A stretch of DNA of 64,000 bases from contig OX597827.1 in the NCBI GenBank assembly GCA_951406725.2, positions 48,484,001 to 48,548,000 of the forward strand, read 5' to 3'. Made by a program: the position numbers and the translations under genes. The notes under the pieces are model-generated. The model had not been told where the DNA came from. It did no database searches and saw only the letters and a list, made by a program, of their open reading frames with translations. Each line of letters opens with the position of its first letter. Position 1 is the first letter of the stretch. Below are positions 27,468-42,535 of this stretch, piece after piece. The DNA comes from Octopus vulgaris (lineage: Eukaryota).

Positions 27468-27673
27468 AAATGTGTGTAAATGTGTGTGTGGATATGTATG
27501 AATGTGTATACGTACACACACACACAAACATATATATATATACCCTCACACCCATATATTTATATATGAATATATATATATATATGTATATATGTTTATG
27601 TATATATACATATATTTATATATGTATGTCTATATATATATATATATATATTCTATATATATATATATATATA

Positions 27674-27739
<66 letters not shown>

Positions 27740-27780
27740 CATATACATATATATATGTATGTATGCACTTATGTATATAA
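27468..27780. repeat. (TA)n-rich microsatellite
   Basis: Direct inspection. Confidence 0.95.
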
Positions 27781-28184
27781 GCGCTTGAATGCGTAACAGT
27801 AATGTCCCACCACCGCAACCACCACCACAAATTACACCCCAGTACAATGGGCAAATGCATACAATATTCAACCTGAGATAACCTATCATTGATCTGACAC
27901 GACCTGAACCCCAATTAGCGAAATCTGCAGTCAGCACATGATTTGTACTACACGTATAAAAAAAAAATAATTTCCCATCATTCATGCTATGTTAGCGTAT
28001 CCTCCTATTAGCAGAACGCTAGTTTCTTTTCACATCCGCATTTATAGGTTGCCTGGAGAGAATCCTCTTTAGAATTTTCCTTAGAAATATTGACAATAAA
28101 TGTTTCACGAGCGGAATTACATTACTCCGTGTTTCTTCTTCAGGAATTTTAATAAATTCTTTAATGCTTATTCTGCTTATATTT

Positions 28185-28606
28185 TGACTCTTTTACTTGT
28201 TTCAGTCATTTGACTGCGGGCATGCTAGAGCACCGCCTTTAGTCGAGCAAATCAACCCCAGGGCTTATTCTTTGTAAGCCTAGTACTTATTTTATCGGTG
28301 TCTTTTGCCGAACCACTAAGTTACGGGGACGTAAACACACCAGCATCGATCGACAAGCGATGTCGGGGCGGGGACAAACACAGACATACAAACATATACA
28401 CACACATACATATACATATATATATATATATATACATATACACGACGGGCTTCTTTCAGTTTCCATCTACCATATCCACTCACAAGGCTTTGGTCGGCCC
28501 GAGGCTACAGTAGAAGACACTTGCCCAAGGTATCACGCAGTGGGACTGAACCCGGAGCCATGTGGTTGGTAAGCAAGCTATTTACCACACAGCCACTCCT
28601 ACACCT
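28185..28606 (-). mobile_element. Full-length SINE family B
   Basis: Reverse complement of the 25144 copy. Confidence 0.95.
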
Positions 28607-28794
28607 ATATAAAATTATGAACAACCTTAATTGATTTTCGATACTTATGGGCTTATCAGAAACGTCTACATAATTCTGATTTTTTAATGATTTTAAAAAA
28701 AAATTTGTCTATACCTTTTTATATGCGGGACATGTAATTCCCGCGAAGTTGATACAATCTGAGATGATCCATCGTGAGAGACTGATCTTCGTAA

Positions 28795-28948
28795 CATGTG
28801 ATCGCGTGTGTATCGTTGGCGATTTTCTTTTTCCGGCTTCCCTGTTTTGGACTTTTTCTATATTTCCGATGAAGAGCTCCGCTCGAAATGTGAAGTTCTC
28901 TTTCTTTTCTTTCTTTTCCTCGCGTTGTTGTTTTTTTCTTGCTTGCAT
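28795..28948 (+). mobile_element. Short HHR-like element (GAGC/GCTC family), diverged
   Basis: CCGATGA A GAGC tcc GCTC GAAA TGTGAAG at 28866-28895 within pyrimidine-rich flanks like other family members. Confidence 0.55.
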
Positions 28949-29150
28949 ATGTATGTGAATTGGAGTTTGCCGATGCAGATTTTCTATACCCAGATGCTAT
29001 TGCTATTACCAACTCTTCCATATTTCTAAGCATGGTACCGTTTTCCCAAAGCCAAACGTGATTTTACAGAAAACTGAATATGTATTCCGTCCCTTTACAA
29101 TACTCACACGATGTCAAGACAAGCTGATACAGATACACTCACACACACAC

Positions 29151-29179
<29 letters not shown>

Positions 29180-29181
<2 letters not shown>

Positions 29182-29392
29182 ACGGGAAGCTTTATGAAAA
29201 TAAACAAAAGACGAAGGCAGGTGGAATACAAACAAACAATTGTATTAGTATGGCGCTCAGGAATATAAATAAAACAAGTCCTTTACGTTTCGAGCCTACG
29301 CTCTTCAAAAGAAAGATACACAGAAAAGAAACACGGAGAGAAACAAGGAGAGAAAAAAAATGCGTGCAGAAGCTGGTGAATCAACATGGCGA
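29180..29392 (-). mobile_element. Short HHR-like element (GAGC/GCTC family) in (TA)n
   Basis: Minus: CGCCATG...CTTTTGAA GAGC gtag GCTC GAAA CG TA AAGG...CTTCGTCTTTTG...TTCCCG then (TA)n; homologous to 38363, 61622 and 62324. Confidence 0.75.
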
Positions 29393-30881
29393 TCTATATA
29401 TATATATATACATACATACACATAAGGGCAGCGAGCAGGCGGAATGTTTACCAGGTTTATAAAGTTCTCTTTCATGCAGAGTGTTTAACAAAAAGAAATC
29501 ACTACCATCATTCTAATAAAAAAAAAATACGTTGCGATGCTGTGGAGACAGATGATCATTATCATTACACTTTGACAAAAGTTCTTCTTTAATAAAGTGT
29601 ACATAATACATTATTATTAACGTTTTACCGTACAAAGTTTCCATAATGGGAACAAATTTTAAAATTGCATTACAAATGTACTTATAATCAATAGTCGAAT
29701 TAGACTGCTTAATTACGTTTATTTCTGCACCACTTAATATCTACTGAAGTTACACCAATCATGTTTAATGATTCTTTCATGTAAACCAGCAATAAATTTG
29801 ATGAAAATGTCATATAAGAGCAAAGTAATTTTTGAAGGTCATACTTTTTTATATGATACTTTTTTTCTACATTTAGCTATTCTTCAGATATGAATATAAT
29901 ACACTTATCACATAAAACTAAAGTACTACCAATTCTGTAGTTTATGTAGTATTTACAGTAGTTTATATAAAGAGTTAGCATACTCTGGCACCTAAAATTG
30001 CTTCTAGACTATACGACGTGTGTAACACATTTTGTTTTTCTCAAACCGCTTCTGCTTTAGTTTATTGCGACTGTGATGTGTTTAATCTTGTTGAAACCTG
30101 TATCTCACGGCAGTAATTATAGAAACTTGTGCATAGCTACACTCAGCGTATCTGTTCTCTTCTTATTCTGCTAAAAAAAACTGCATAAATCACGCAGTGG
30201 GCAGTACCATAGAATGTTCCATTATTTTAGCTTCTATTTTGTGTATCTTTTAATTATTTTCATTTTAGTAAGGATGCATTTTTAGTGTAATAAAAAAACA
30301 TTAATCACATAAATATAAACATATAATAGAAAATACATATTCTTAAGTTAATCTCCGTATTCTATTCATTATGTTGTGATATACTCATCAAAATACAATT
30401 GATTTCAATGTGGTTTAATTTTACTATTATCAGGCTAACGTTCCTATTTTGGGAACATGGTAAAAAACTAGGAAACTTATATTTTTCGTGCAAATTTGAT
30501 ACATAAAACTAATATTGAATGGGAAACAAGCGATGTAGTCAAATATTACGATTGTCCTATCATTGCAACTATAAGCCGTCTCTAAAGACTTGTAATTTTG
30601 CTTTGTAGCTGAAGGGTTCTAATGTTACATGTTGCAATATTTATCGTTTTAACTCCTATTTATATGCAGATGTTGCTTTCATCATCATTATTTGTTTTTT
30701 AATAGGGTTGTATTTTTTCTGTTCGTAGAGGATGTCTTGTTGTTGCCTTATGTATTCCCCGGCTGCAAATATTGCCATATATTTAGAAAACAAACTAAAA
30801 CAGTATCAAATAGGAACGACATCTTCCTTCTCTCTCTTTTTTATTTACTTTTGTTGGCAGTGTTTGAAAATGAAATGTAAT

Positions 30882-31045
30882 AATCTTTTCTACTAGAGAG
30901 ACAAAGCCTCTGAAATTTGGTACTAATTTTATCGACAGCCAACGATGAAAAGTAAAATCGAATCGGCAGAATTTAAACTCGGAATGTAAAGATAGATGAA
31001 AATTCGCTAAGCATTTTAACGGTGTATTAACGATTCTGCCAGCAC
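30882..31045 (-). mobile_element. SINE family A, diverged
   Basis: TAATTTTATCGAC...GATGAAA...GCTAAGCATTTT...TAACGATTCTGCCAGC. Confidence 0.75.
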
Positions 31046-31924
31046 TTCCTGGGACATTTAAAAAAATAAAAAGCAATAATGAGTTGCAAATTCAGATTTG
31101 GAATGAAAATATATCTTGTGTATCTTATACAGGTTTCTTATCGCTTATCGTTGAATTAGCGAATTGATAGCCACTCCGAATTAACATTCAGAAGTGGTTA
31201 AAACTCTCACAGATAATTCGATTGAGTTCCCGACATAACTTTGCTTCTTATCATCTTTTAAGTATATACAACTGAAAGTTATTTAGCATTCTTCATATAT
31301 TTTATGTATTTGGTAACATATTGATGTTTTAGAGTCATAAAAGGGGGGTATTACGAAAGAAATTAAAGATTCTAAACGTATTTTCCATGTGTCTCAAGTT
31401 GATCTACACTACACTCGCTACAGTTGTCTTATGTAAGCCTTACTCAACCCTGATCGGGAAGACCTTGTCTATGAGATATAGAAATTCTATGAAAACATTA
31501 TCCAGTGTAGAATAATGTTGTAAAGTGGGGTAGAGTTTGGTAGATATTTTTCTTACATGTTTCTATGTATGTCGGCATATCTTCTATAGTATGTACACAC
31601 ATAGACACAAATATATACCTTAACTGTAATGATATATGAATGACCCAAAAACCAAGTACTTCTTGTCCTACATTAATGAGATGAAGTTGTCAGTTGAACA
31701 ATCCAGCACACAAAACCATCAGGGTTTTAAGACATCATTGATTAGTTTTACGGTTAAAAATAGAGAGTATCGCCTACTTTTGCATATTCAGGTCCGCCTT
31801 CCATGTTTAGTTTACTCCATTAAAGTTATATTTACGTGTTTATATATGTGTGTGTATAACTGTATCAACCAGATTATATGGTGTTGTTATACACCATTGT
31901 TCATGGTGCCCTTCCTCGTATTGG

Positions 31925-32118
31925 AATAATGACACTCTACTGGCTGGGTAAGTAGGCTAACGTAATTCTCGCACGATTGCCTAGTTACAACTGAATGGGC
32001 TGAACTAAAGTGAAATTGGGTGTTTTGCTCAAGAGAACAAAGCCACGCCGATCTAGGATTCGAAACCACGATCTTGCAATTATGTATGCGGTACCTTGCA
32101 CACTAGTCCACGTGCCTC
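31925..32118 (-). mobile_element. SINE family C-related, diverged
   Basis: TAACGTAATTCTC...TTTTGCTCAAGAGAAC...GGATTCGAAACCACGATCTTG; tRNA-like head on -. Confidence 0.55.
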
Positions 32119-32124
32119 AATACG

Positions 32125-32190
<66 letters not shown>

Positions 32191-32254
32191 TGCGCATGTA
32201 ACAAAAATATCAAAATGTTAGATAGTTCAAATACTTTTATATAAATGATAAACG

Positions 32255-32672
32255 TACTCTTTACTCTTTACTCTTTTACTTGTTTCAGTCATTTGACTGC
32301 GGCCATGCTGGAGCACTGCCTTTAGTCGAGCAACTCGACCCCGAGACTTATTCTTTGTAAGCCCAGTATTTATACTATCGGTCTCTTTTGCCGAACCGCT
32401 AAGTAACGGGGACGTAAACACACCAGCATCGGTTGTCAAGCAATGCTAGGGGAACAAACACAGACACACAAACACACACACATACATATACATATATATA
32501 CATATATACGGCAGGCTTCTTTCAGTTTCCGTCTACCAAATCCACTCACAAGGCATTGGTCGGCCCGGGGCTATAGCAGAAGACACTTGCCCAAGATGCC
32601 ACGCAGTAGGACTGAACCCGGAACCATGTGGTTGGTAAGCAAGCTACTTACCACACAGCCACTCCTGCGCCT
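32255..32672 (-). mobile_element. Full-length SINE family B
   Basis: Reverse complement of the 25144 copy, low divergence. Confidence 0.95.
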
Positions 32673-33336
32673 ATGAGTACATATAATTTTGTTCAGTCAA
32701 AAGCAACATATGCCGTCAAATCTGAAGGCGAAGGTGTCAGTTTGTGAATACCTATGTTTTGGTGCTCTTTTGCAAACTTTTCCTGGATAAACGTTGACAT
32801 TCTTAGGGCAGCGTATCATAGCTTTTAGCCTGATGCAAGAAACCTTCTCTCTCTCTCTTTCACTGCTTCGTTCTGTCTCTCCGTTTCTTTTTATATTCTT
32901 CTCATTCATTCATCTCTTAACGTGGCGTGTTTAAACATCATAAATGAGAAATTTAACCAATGGAAAATAAAAATGACCTGGCCTCAGACATTTCACTCTT
33001 CTTGTCTATCATCTACACTATCAATACAGTAAAGATAACCATTATACAATGAAAAATAATGCGTATCACACAAAGCGTTCTAAAGATTTTAGAGGCAGGC
33101 AAGAGATGTGGGCTCCCCTGTCAACCTCCCCATCAATGCTCGTATAACTCCCAGCACATAATGGCATTTTTTGAGATGCAATCATATTCACTTCAAACGT
33201 GATGTACATCAATAACTAACAGACAGTTTAGTTCATCTCACTATTGACGTATACTCTTCTCTACACCACTAAAGATAATCTCTATCGGATTCGGCGTTTA
33301 CATCTATATATATAAATATATTTATATTTATGTGTG

Positions 33337-33397
<61 letters not shown>

Positions 33398-33655
33398 GTA
33401 AGTAAGTAAGTATGCATTTATATGAATGTAGGTGTGTAATGTGAATATTAGGTAACCTTTGTTAACATGATTTCTGATTTAATCGACAGCGCACGAAAAA
33501 AAAGAGAGAAAACGAAATTGCATGATAATAGGTTTTGAAGTCAATATGCAAATCTCGTGTAAAATGGCTACTTTGTATTTCTTGTTGCACATCGGATGTA
33601 TACGCCCCCGAACATACATGCACGCAGACAGGCACATACGCATGCACACATAAAC

Positions 33656-33696
<41 letters not shown>

Positions 33697-33708
33697 AATA
33701 TATGTATG

Positions 33709-33755
<47 letters not shown>

Positions 33756-34520
33756 TATATGTTTATATATATATAAAAGTATACACACACACTCACATAT
33801 ATATATATATAATTACATACCACGCATACTCCCACACGCACACACGCAACATATTTACATATTCCTACATATCTTTCCCCCCCATACACACATATATATA
33901 TATATATATAATACTGATAATATATATATATGTATGAATGTTTGTGTGTATGTATACATATATGTAACTGCACAGCATTGATTTAACATTCAGAAAATAT
34001 TTACGATTACAATTATCCTTGCTGTAAATTGAAATAAAATTTAAACAAACGCTTTTATTGTTTTTTTCTTTTTGCTTTTGTTCTTTATATTTCGCAGTAG
34101 GCAGAAAAATTATGAACTTTTGTCCCGACCAGTTACATATCTATTTCGCGATCCATCAGAAATATGCCAATAAATGATACGTAATAACAAATAATTATAC
34201 TTATTCATTTATTTATTTATTTCTGTTCCTAATTATTGCTGAGCTATGCAAATTTATCGTTTTCTTTTAACGTACATCGCAATATGCTATTACTCTTTTC
34301 TTAGCCGAAAACGAGAGTAATTTCCTTCGATGTGACTGTAAGTGGGGTTGAAACTCACCAGGAAAAGTAGGGATAATACTTCTCCAATTTCTTAGGCCCA
34401 ATTAATTGAGTACACTCAACTGAGTTTGAGATCCATTGTATGTTCAAGTTCAAATTCATATTAGTCATTACATAACCTGTATCACATAATTAATTAACGT
34501 CGCTTTGTACATACGTTTAA

Positions 34521-34739
34521 CCCTTTAGTATTTAAACCGGCCATATCTGGTCAAAATATTTAACCTGTTTCATGTTCAAACTGACCAGATCCAGGCTCTC
34601 ACACCTACCCTACAATGTTATTCTACATTAAGTAATTACACCATCAAGATCTTGAAGATATGAGATAATGCATGATTAATTCAAATCAATGGGAATCAAT
34701 AAGCATTATGTTTAATAGAATAATCTGAACACTAAAGGG
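34521..34739. mobile_element. piggyBac-type MITE
   Basis: TTAA|CCCTTTAGTATTTA ... TGAACACTAAAGGG|TTAA: TIRs plus TTAA duplication. Confidence 0.9.
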
Positions 34740-35295
34740 TTAAAGAAACATTTTACATCAACTGACTATTGTTGTGATTAGTTTTAACCGCTTTAAATTA
34801 TCAATCTTTTAGTTGCTTACATCAAAAGTGTTTGCTATTTGAAACGAGCAGGAACAGTCAGCAGAAAGACGTAGAGGTTTCAAACATTGAAGTAAACTAT
34901 ACGTCTAGCAGAAATATAGTGAAAGTCCCTTCCGAGTAATCTACTCAGTATAGCATTGTCGAAGGGGTGAATAGATTTTATTAACTAGATGTATTCGATA
35001 ATGTATTTACATTAATTATACAAACATACCTAATGCATACATTTCAACGATGTATTTACACTGGGTAAGATTCGTAAATGATTATTCTAAATTGATAGTA
35101 CTTCATATAACGTACTTAATATATTGATGTATTGTTTGACCAATTGCTTAATTCGTACATTTTGGCGGAAATGAAACTATTGAATACATACATACACGCA
35201 TAACTATAAACATTTACACATATATATATACGTACATAAATACATACACACATTATCTATCCATCTATCTATCCATCTATCTGTCCATACATATG

Positions 35296-35728
35296 AGAAA
35301 CACAGGGCCGACCTATCCGAGATGCAGTCAGAACGACGAAACCGTCCTGCACGCACTCGTACAGTGTCCAACAATTTCCGACGTGTAGGCCTATGTCGAA
35401 CGATTGCTATCATGTGTGGGACGAGTCGCTTTATCAACCGAGTCTATCGTGAATATGGTCGCGCCTCATTCCTTGAAAGGAAGAGCCATTTTCATCGTAC
35501 TTGTGGCTGTGGCGAAAGAATGTGTATGGTGGACGATTCTAAAACGTCTTGAGACAAACACTTTCTTCTCTGGTCAATCTCCCATCAACTTCTTCAAGTT
35601 TTACTTGAAGAAGAAGGTCAGAGTAGAGAGAGAAGTTTTGTCTAGTGAATGTTTCAAAAAAAGATAGGTGAACGTAGCAAAGATGGCACACGTGAATGAC
35701 GGAGTCAGCTTGAGCATAATCCTATGAC
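35296..35728 (+). mobile_element. Tx1/L1-clade LINE ORF2 C-terminal fragment
   Basis: Frame reads YPRCSQNDETVLHALVQCP (decayed CCHC zinc knuckle), then AVAKECVWWT...FFKFYLKKKVRVERE; contains stops. Confidence 0.75.
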
Positions 35729-36130
35729 CCCCACCCCACCCAAATACGAATGGGAAAAAGAGAGCCACTTACTGAAATATGTTTTATTTTTGCATGACAC
35801 TATTGCCCAAGGTTCCCTTGGTATTTTCCGTAGGCTTTTCTATCCACGTACAAACCTAATATGTTTTCCCTTTTTACATTGACATTTCTGTGATACACGA
35901 TCCCTATTGATCGTCACCACATTTTGTTTTCACTATCCCTTTTGATCGGAATTCGACCCATTTTTTTCCTTCTCTTCTTCCCAAAAAGAAAAGCTCTACT
36001 TTGTATTTTGTCCATACTGTGTTCAGCGCTGGCCAATAAAGAAATCTATATATCCATAGATGCATACATATATACATCTCTTTCTCTCCCCCACTCTCTC
36101 TCCCCAAACACCCATACATATGTGATACAG

Positions 36131-36250
<120 letters not shown>

Positions 36251-36889
36251 GAAATAGAAAGATGAATAATCTTGTAGCAGATTAATCAAAAGTTTAACCG
36301 ATACCTTGGTAGCAAAAAACACAGCAGAAGACAGCACGGTTGGAGGTACAACCATATGGTGTTGCAACCGTGCGTTGGTGCGGATAATTGAATGTTCGTA
36401 TGTGCGTTTGATCACGTGATCAAACGCACATACGAACACATAGAACAGTACACACACACATGTTTCTAAGTAGATTTTGTCACGCCCCATATAATACACC
36501 TAATATTCTTTAAATAGTCAGAACCTTAGCCTCGGTCACAAAGAACATCTAAGCACCCCACGCTCCCACCCACCGGAATGACCGCTGCCTGACCCGTTAA
36601 AACCTTCAACGCACCCACCACCAGTTTTCAACATACATTGATAAACAGTTTGGCCATGGGCTCTTAGGAGCCTCGTTCGATTTGTTTTGCTCCGCCTCTG
36701 TTCTGTTTTTGTTTTTTCCAACGGATTTCCTATTTCTTCCTGAAGAGAAAGACACAATATGGTCTCCTTATTCAATCGGAATTTGGTAAATTGTGCCTTT
36801 CGAAACACGTGTAGAATGCAATAAAACGATTTCTGTTCAATCTTCGTTCAACTCCATTTCTTCAATTCACTAATAATATATATATATAT

Positions 36890-37031
36890 ATCGTGACGTA
36901 TATTTGCAATTTGGATATGGCTAACCCCTAAGGGTGGATGCTACTGTAGTTTGTAGCCCCAAGAAGACACCTCCTCCAACTGGCTATAGACACACTTTAT
37001 GTGCCGTATCAGTATTTGTGAAGGGAAGCCA
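36890..37031 (-). mobile_element. Truncated copy of the 51341 HHR element family in (TA)n
   Basis: Aligns by eye with 51339-51480 (GTATATTTGC...TGGCTAACCC...CTACTGTAG...TATCAGTATTTG..AAGGGAAG); HHR part absent. Confidence 0.8.
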
Positions 37032-37628
37032 TATATATATATATATAAACCAATGCAAAACTTCACATATGCAAATCTCATTGACAAAACCATTCACACG
37101 ATAAAACAGTGTTTATACTCAAACGGATACATACAGTAACGTATCCAAAAGATGAAAGCAGAAAAAAATATTTACTCTCATTTATGGAGATATGTCAGTT
37201 GTAAAGATAGGATAACATGATTCATGAGAAAATGTAAAATATGATAACTGACATTTATAATGTTGCAATAACTTGATAAATTAACTATCGACTAACGTGG
37301 TATAACGAAATAATGTAATACTGCAAGGTAATAATATCATAATAAAACGGTAAAAAATTGAGTGAAATAAATTTTGTTAAAATAATATCGATGAAAAGTT
37401 ATAAAACGTAGTATCAAGGGATGAAAACAGAAATTAAAATAAAGATGACATCAAGTTAGCATTAAATTACCATGGTATTAAAAATAAGGATTTAAATGTT
37501 TATAATTGATTGAATGCTGCGTTATATGTTTACACGAAATTATTCACATTTGCCATATATATATATATATATATGTGTGTGTGTATATATATACATATGT
37601 GTAAATATATATATATATATACATATAC

Positions 37629-37704
<76 letters not shown>

Positions 37705-37989
37705 TTTGCCATGTGGATTTATGGAAAAGTATCCCATAAAACTCAACAATTTTTTTAAAAGTGTAGCAGAGAAAATGGTAAAATATGAAAGAACTTTAAT
37801 TCATACATACGATCATTCCAAACTGCGATATTAAAATATGCAAATTCATTGTAGAATAGAAATAATTGAATTAATTTGATTAAATTAAAATAATTATATA
37901 TCACAGTTCTCCTCAGTTCTGTGATATAAACAAATCATTATTACAGAGAACTTGATAAAGGAAATAGCAAAAGATGATTTCGGATATTG

Positions 37990-38078
37990 TTGTGGGGTCG
38001 TTGTAATCGACTTAATACCTATGTCTGTCCTTGTTTGTCCGGTCTGTGTTTAGCCCCTTGTGGGTAATAAAGAAATAG
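37990..38078 (+). mobile_element. SINE family A 3' fragment
   Basis: GGGGTCGTTGTAATCGACTTAAT...TTTAGCCCCTTGTGGGTAATAAAGAAATA. Confidence 0.85.
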
Positions 38079-38267
38079 GTATAACCAGGTATAAATTTTT
38101 CAATCAAGTCTCACACGAACCTCAGTCACAAATAAAAGCATAACAATGATAGCCACAACGTAGAAGGTACATTGAGTAAATTCACAGATACTTTTAAATA
38201 AGCTCAAGCATTTTTATGCTTCATTTTCAAACTATTACCAAATTTCGTGCGTGTGTGAATAAGTATG

Positions 38268-38359
<92 letters not shown>

Positions 38360-38362
38360 CAG

Positions 38363-38545
38363 ACGCCATGATAGAACGTGAGCCATTGTTTCTCTCTTTG
38401 TTTTCTGTGTCCCTTTCTGTAGAAGAGCGTAGGCTCGAAACTTAAAAGACTTTTTTCTATTCCTGAGCGTTATACTAATACATCTGTTTGTTTTGTACAC
38501 CATCTGTATTCGTCTTTTGTTGCTTTTTTCGTAAACTCTCCCTAC
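38363..38545 (+). mobile_element. Short HHR-like element (GAGC/GCTC family) in (TA)n
   Basis: CGCCATGAT...CTTT CTGTAGAA GAGC gtag GCTC GAAA CT TA AAAG...CTCTCCCTA then TA tract. Confidence 0.75.
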
Positions 38546-39417
38546 ATATATATATATATATATTCAAACTTTATATAACTCTATGAAGTGATTTTAACTC
38601 AGACATGATTAATTATTAATTAGAGTATGTAATGAGGATTTTTTTTATTACTACATTATTGATGAGACAATTAAGCAGCTATTTGTTAAAAAGAAATCAA
38701 GGAAATCGAAAAAAACATCATGAAATGCCTGATCGTCAACATTAATAATAAGTAACATTACCATAATAAATTAATTAAAACGCATTATGAAGCTACATTT
38801 GAAAATATTACCATGTTTTTAGCTTCGTAATTCTAAGTCTATGATTTAAATTTAAATTTTAGCTGCTTTTAGTGAGGCAATATTCTGTAATAGAATTTCG
38901 TCTGCTATTAAAAACTTAGGTTTTGGATTCGCAGCTTAAAGCAGTTTAATAACTCTCATGACGCTAGGTGAAGTAGAATTAATGCATACTATCAATCACG
39001 CTGCATTTGCTCTCTTAATCACTTTCAGAACTGTTATATGAGCGACGCAAAATTTGCATCACTCACTTCTATAAAGTTGTAAATCTAGTAATAAAATTAC
39101 AAACCTATGTCTATATAACTTTCCGTGATAACCATATTTATGAACATGATCTGCGTTAAACAGATTTAGAACGAAATATAATTATGTGACGTCAGGATTA
39201 GTTTGAAGATTTCAACAGAATGTTCAATGAATGCATATGAAGGCATTTATGCATCAATCCATAAGTACACACGCAATCGCATGCATATCGCGCGCACACA
39301 CAATCTCTCTCTCACACACACATATATATATATGCATACATATATATGAATATGTGTATATGTATATATATATATAAATATATATATACATATATATTCT
39401 TTTATCCTTTCATTATT

Positions 39418-39649
39418 TTAATTTATTCAGCCATTTGACTGCGGCTATGCTGGAGCAACACCTTTCAATGATTTTAGTTGAACAAATGGACCCCAGGACA
39501 TATTCTTTCAAGCCCAGTACTCCTATCGCACTCTAGCGGTTGTCAAGCGGTGATGTGGGACAAACACTGACGCAAATACACACACACACATATACACAAG
39601 CGTACACACACACAAACACACACACACACACATACACACACACACACAT

Positions 39650-39723
<74 letters not shown>

Positions 39724-39872
39724 GATGGGCTTCTTTCAGTTTCTGTTCTAAGAATTTGGTCGGCCCGAGGCTATAGTAGAAGACGCTTGCCCAAGGAGCT
39801 ACGTAGTAGTACAGAATCCAGAACCATGTGTTTGACAAGTAAACTTCTCACCACACAGCCATGCCCGCGCCT
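39418..39872 (-). mobile_element. SINE family B, diverged, expanded internal microsatellite
   Basis: CATTTGACTGCGGCTATGCTGGAGCA...GGTTGTCAAGCG...CCACACAGCCATGCCCGCGCC. Confidence 0.85.
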
Positions 39873-40501
39873 ATATATATACATTCACACATATGTGCGT
39901 ATAATTATATATATGTATAACACATAGCGGAACACAGAGTGAGAAGCATACGAGAATATATGTGTGTGGGTTCAAAACGAACAATATGTGGCTTGCCGTA
40001 CGGCTGTCCACGTCTGTTTTTTTCGGTGTTGGCCTGATTCGATATCACCATGATCTTGTTATTACAGTGTCATTACCAACATTTCCATTTGCAAATGTAT
40101 ATAACAATGCATCAATCAGCTATAATTTGTCAATCTATACCAGTCGTGAAGGGGTTAAGCGACAAAACATCCTCAAGCAGCATGCTGTGATACAAGTTAT
40201 CGCCATGAGTGACATCATAATGCATCTTAGTTAATCTTACAAACGCATGTGAAATTGTATCTGCGACAGCCTTACTGTAGATAAAGAGCACTCCCGAGAT
40301 ATGAATATTTCTATTAACGTTAAACTAATTCTGTACAAAACAATGGCGATGATTCTTGCGGCGAAACCTGAACTGTATACAAGAGACATACAGCGCCACA
40401 CGAAAGTTGCAATCAAGTAAAACGTTCGGATGCTAAGTATGTGTCAGTGACTGGGGATATTGACCAACAAGGAGGTTGTAGCACGGGATAAATAAGAGAC
40501 A

Positions 40502-40885
40502 GGAGGCACAATGGCCCAGTGGCTAGGGCAGCGGACTGGCAGTCATAGGATCGCGGTTTCGATTCCCAGACCGGGCGTTGTGAGTGTTTATTGAGCGGAA
40601 ACACCTAAAGATCCACGATGCTCCGGCAGGGGATGGTGGTGATCCCTGCTGTACTCTTTCACCATAACTTTCTCTCACTCTTACTTCCTGTTTCTGTTGT
40701 ACCTGTATTTCAAAGGGCCGGCCTTGTCACTAACTGTGTCACGCTGAATATCCCCGAGAACTACGTTAAGGGTACACGTGTCTGTGGAGTGCTCAGCCAC
40801 TTAAACGTTAATTTCACGAGCAGGCTGTTCCGTTGATTCGGATCAACCGGAACCCTCGTCGTCGTAACCGACGGAGTGCTTTCCA
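40502..40885 (+). mobile_element. Full-length tRNA-derived SINE family C
   Basis: tRNA-like head GGAGGCACAATGGCCCAGTGGCTAGGGCAGCGGAC...GGTTTCGATTCCC; body and tail shared with other copies in the window. Confidence 0.85.
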
Positions 40886-41557
40886 ATTAAGAGACAGCTA
40901 AAAACAGCTTCAAAATAATGTACGCATGCTCATGGCCCGACTTCGTAAAGCTGCTTTATATACAATCCAACAAACGGGTGCGCATTGACAGCGAGGCCAA
41001 AACAAGAGATGCAAGATACAAAGATGGACTCTTGCTCAAGTAATGGAAGAACTGGTAACAGCCCACGTGTGCTCACCCAAATGTCGCCAGAGCAGAGGAA
41101 ACGAATAAGCACAGTGAATGTTACCCGTGAATGAACCGTCAACAGCTACGGTCCCATATATCTGTAGCCCAGATAGTCAAAGAATATAAGGGCTAGAATA
41201 GCCTAGTGCGCGCTTGGATGACAGAATACAATGAGTCATCGTCGGTAGCAACAACGTGCTAAAATGATTTATAATTGTTGGTCATTGTATTTCTTGACTA
41301 GCAAGTCGTCATCAGTTTATTCTTTGAGAACATTCTGGATAATATGCGATATATTCTATTACCTCCTGTTCATTATCTTCTCGTTCATTGTCTACCCTTC
41401 CACCATTCGCTTCTACACGTTTTGACTCTCTCCCTCACCACCCTTTCCCACGCCTCCTCTTTCTCCTCTCGCTCTTCCCAGCACTCCCCCTCCTTTCTCC
41501 TTTTTCTTTCGCTCTTTCTACTTAGTCAATATATGAACACACATATAATAATTATAT

Positions 41558-41610
<53 letters not shown>

Positions 41611-41629
41611 GTGGGTGTATATATATATA

Positions 41630-41676
<47 letters not shown>

Positions 41677-41754
41677 ATATATACATACATACGTACGTAC
41701 ATACATACATACATACATACATACGCACATACATACACACATACATACAAACAT

Positions 41755-42535
41755 ACCGAGGACAAAGAAATAAGAACCCACAATATGGTAGAAGCCATTG
41801 CTACTCATAATAAAAAGGATAAAAAGGAATACTGGTGGAATGTTCCGGTGAAGCCCTCAATAAAATGTGTGTACAACAGAACTGATATAATGCTTTGAGA
41901 TAGAGAAGAGAAACTGTACGGAGTTGTGGAAATTAGCTTCCCAGTGGATGTTAACATAAAGCTGAAGATCTGTGAAAAAGACAATACCTGTGCTGAATTA
42001 TTGAGAAATCTACAGTTACTCTATCCAGGTTACAAGTTTAGGTTTATACCTGTAATTATTGGGATCCTGAGATACGTAACACACTGCCTAAATACCAATC
42101 TTGAGAATTTAGGCTTCTCAAAACCAGAAAGGTGAAAGCTAATTCGAAGACTGCAGATCCAGTCCATCACTGGAACAGTGAAAATCAGGTAAAACTTTCC
42201 AGAAGTTTATCGTTTAAATATATATGTGAATGCCTAGATATGCAACTATATTCATGTAGGTACATGCATAAAACATACAAATCTGAACATACATACACAC
42301 ATACATATACACATACATACACACATACATACATACATACATACATACATACATACATACATACATACATACATACATACATACATACATACATACATAC
42401 ATACATACATACATACATAGACACATACCCTGTTGCTGATGTTGAAATTCCAGTGAAAGACATTTGGATCTACGTTAGAAACCTGTTCATTCTCTATTGG
42501 CAAGAAATCTTGAAATAAACTGAATAATAATAAAA
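41755..42535 (+). mobile_element. R4/Dong-like non-LTR retrotransposon 3' end (restriction-like endonuclease domain + 3' UTR)
   Basis: YWWN...[13 protein letters not shown]...VVEISFPVDVNI..K..EK...L..LQLLYP...FIPVIIG matches the PD-(D/E)xK RLE pattern of R4-clade elements; flanked by (CATA)n. Confidence 0.8.

Noticed and set aside
28709-28810. KISLSRWIISDCI as a DIRS tyrosine recombinase remnant
   Set aside because: Too short; no flanking recombinase motifs.
40502-40575. Possible tRNA gene
   Set aside because: The tRNA-like head continues into a SINE body found in several copies.
42445-42490. Hammerhead-like CCARTGA...GAAACC in the R4-like 3' UTR
   Set aside because: Non-canonical core and no consistent stem I in either copy.
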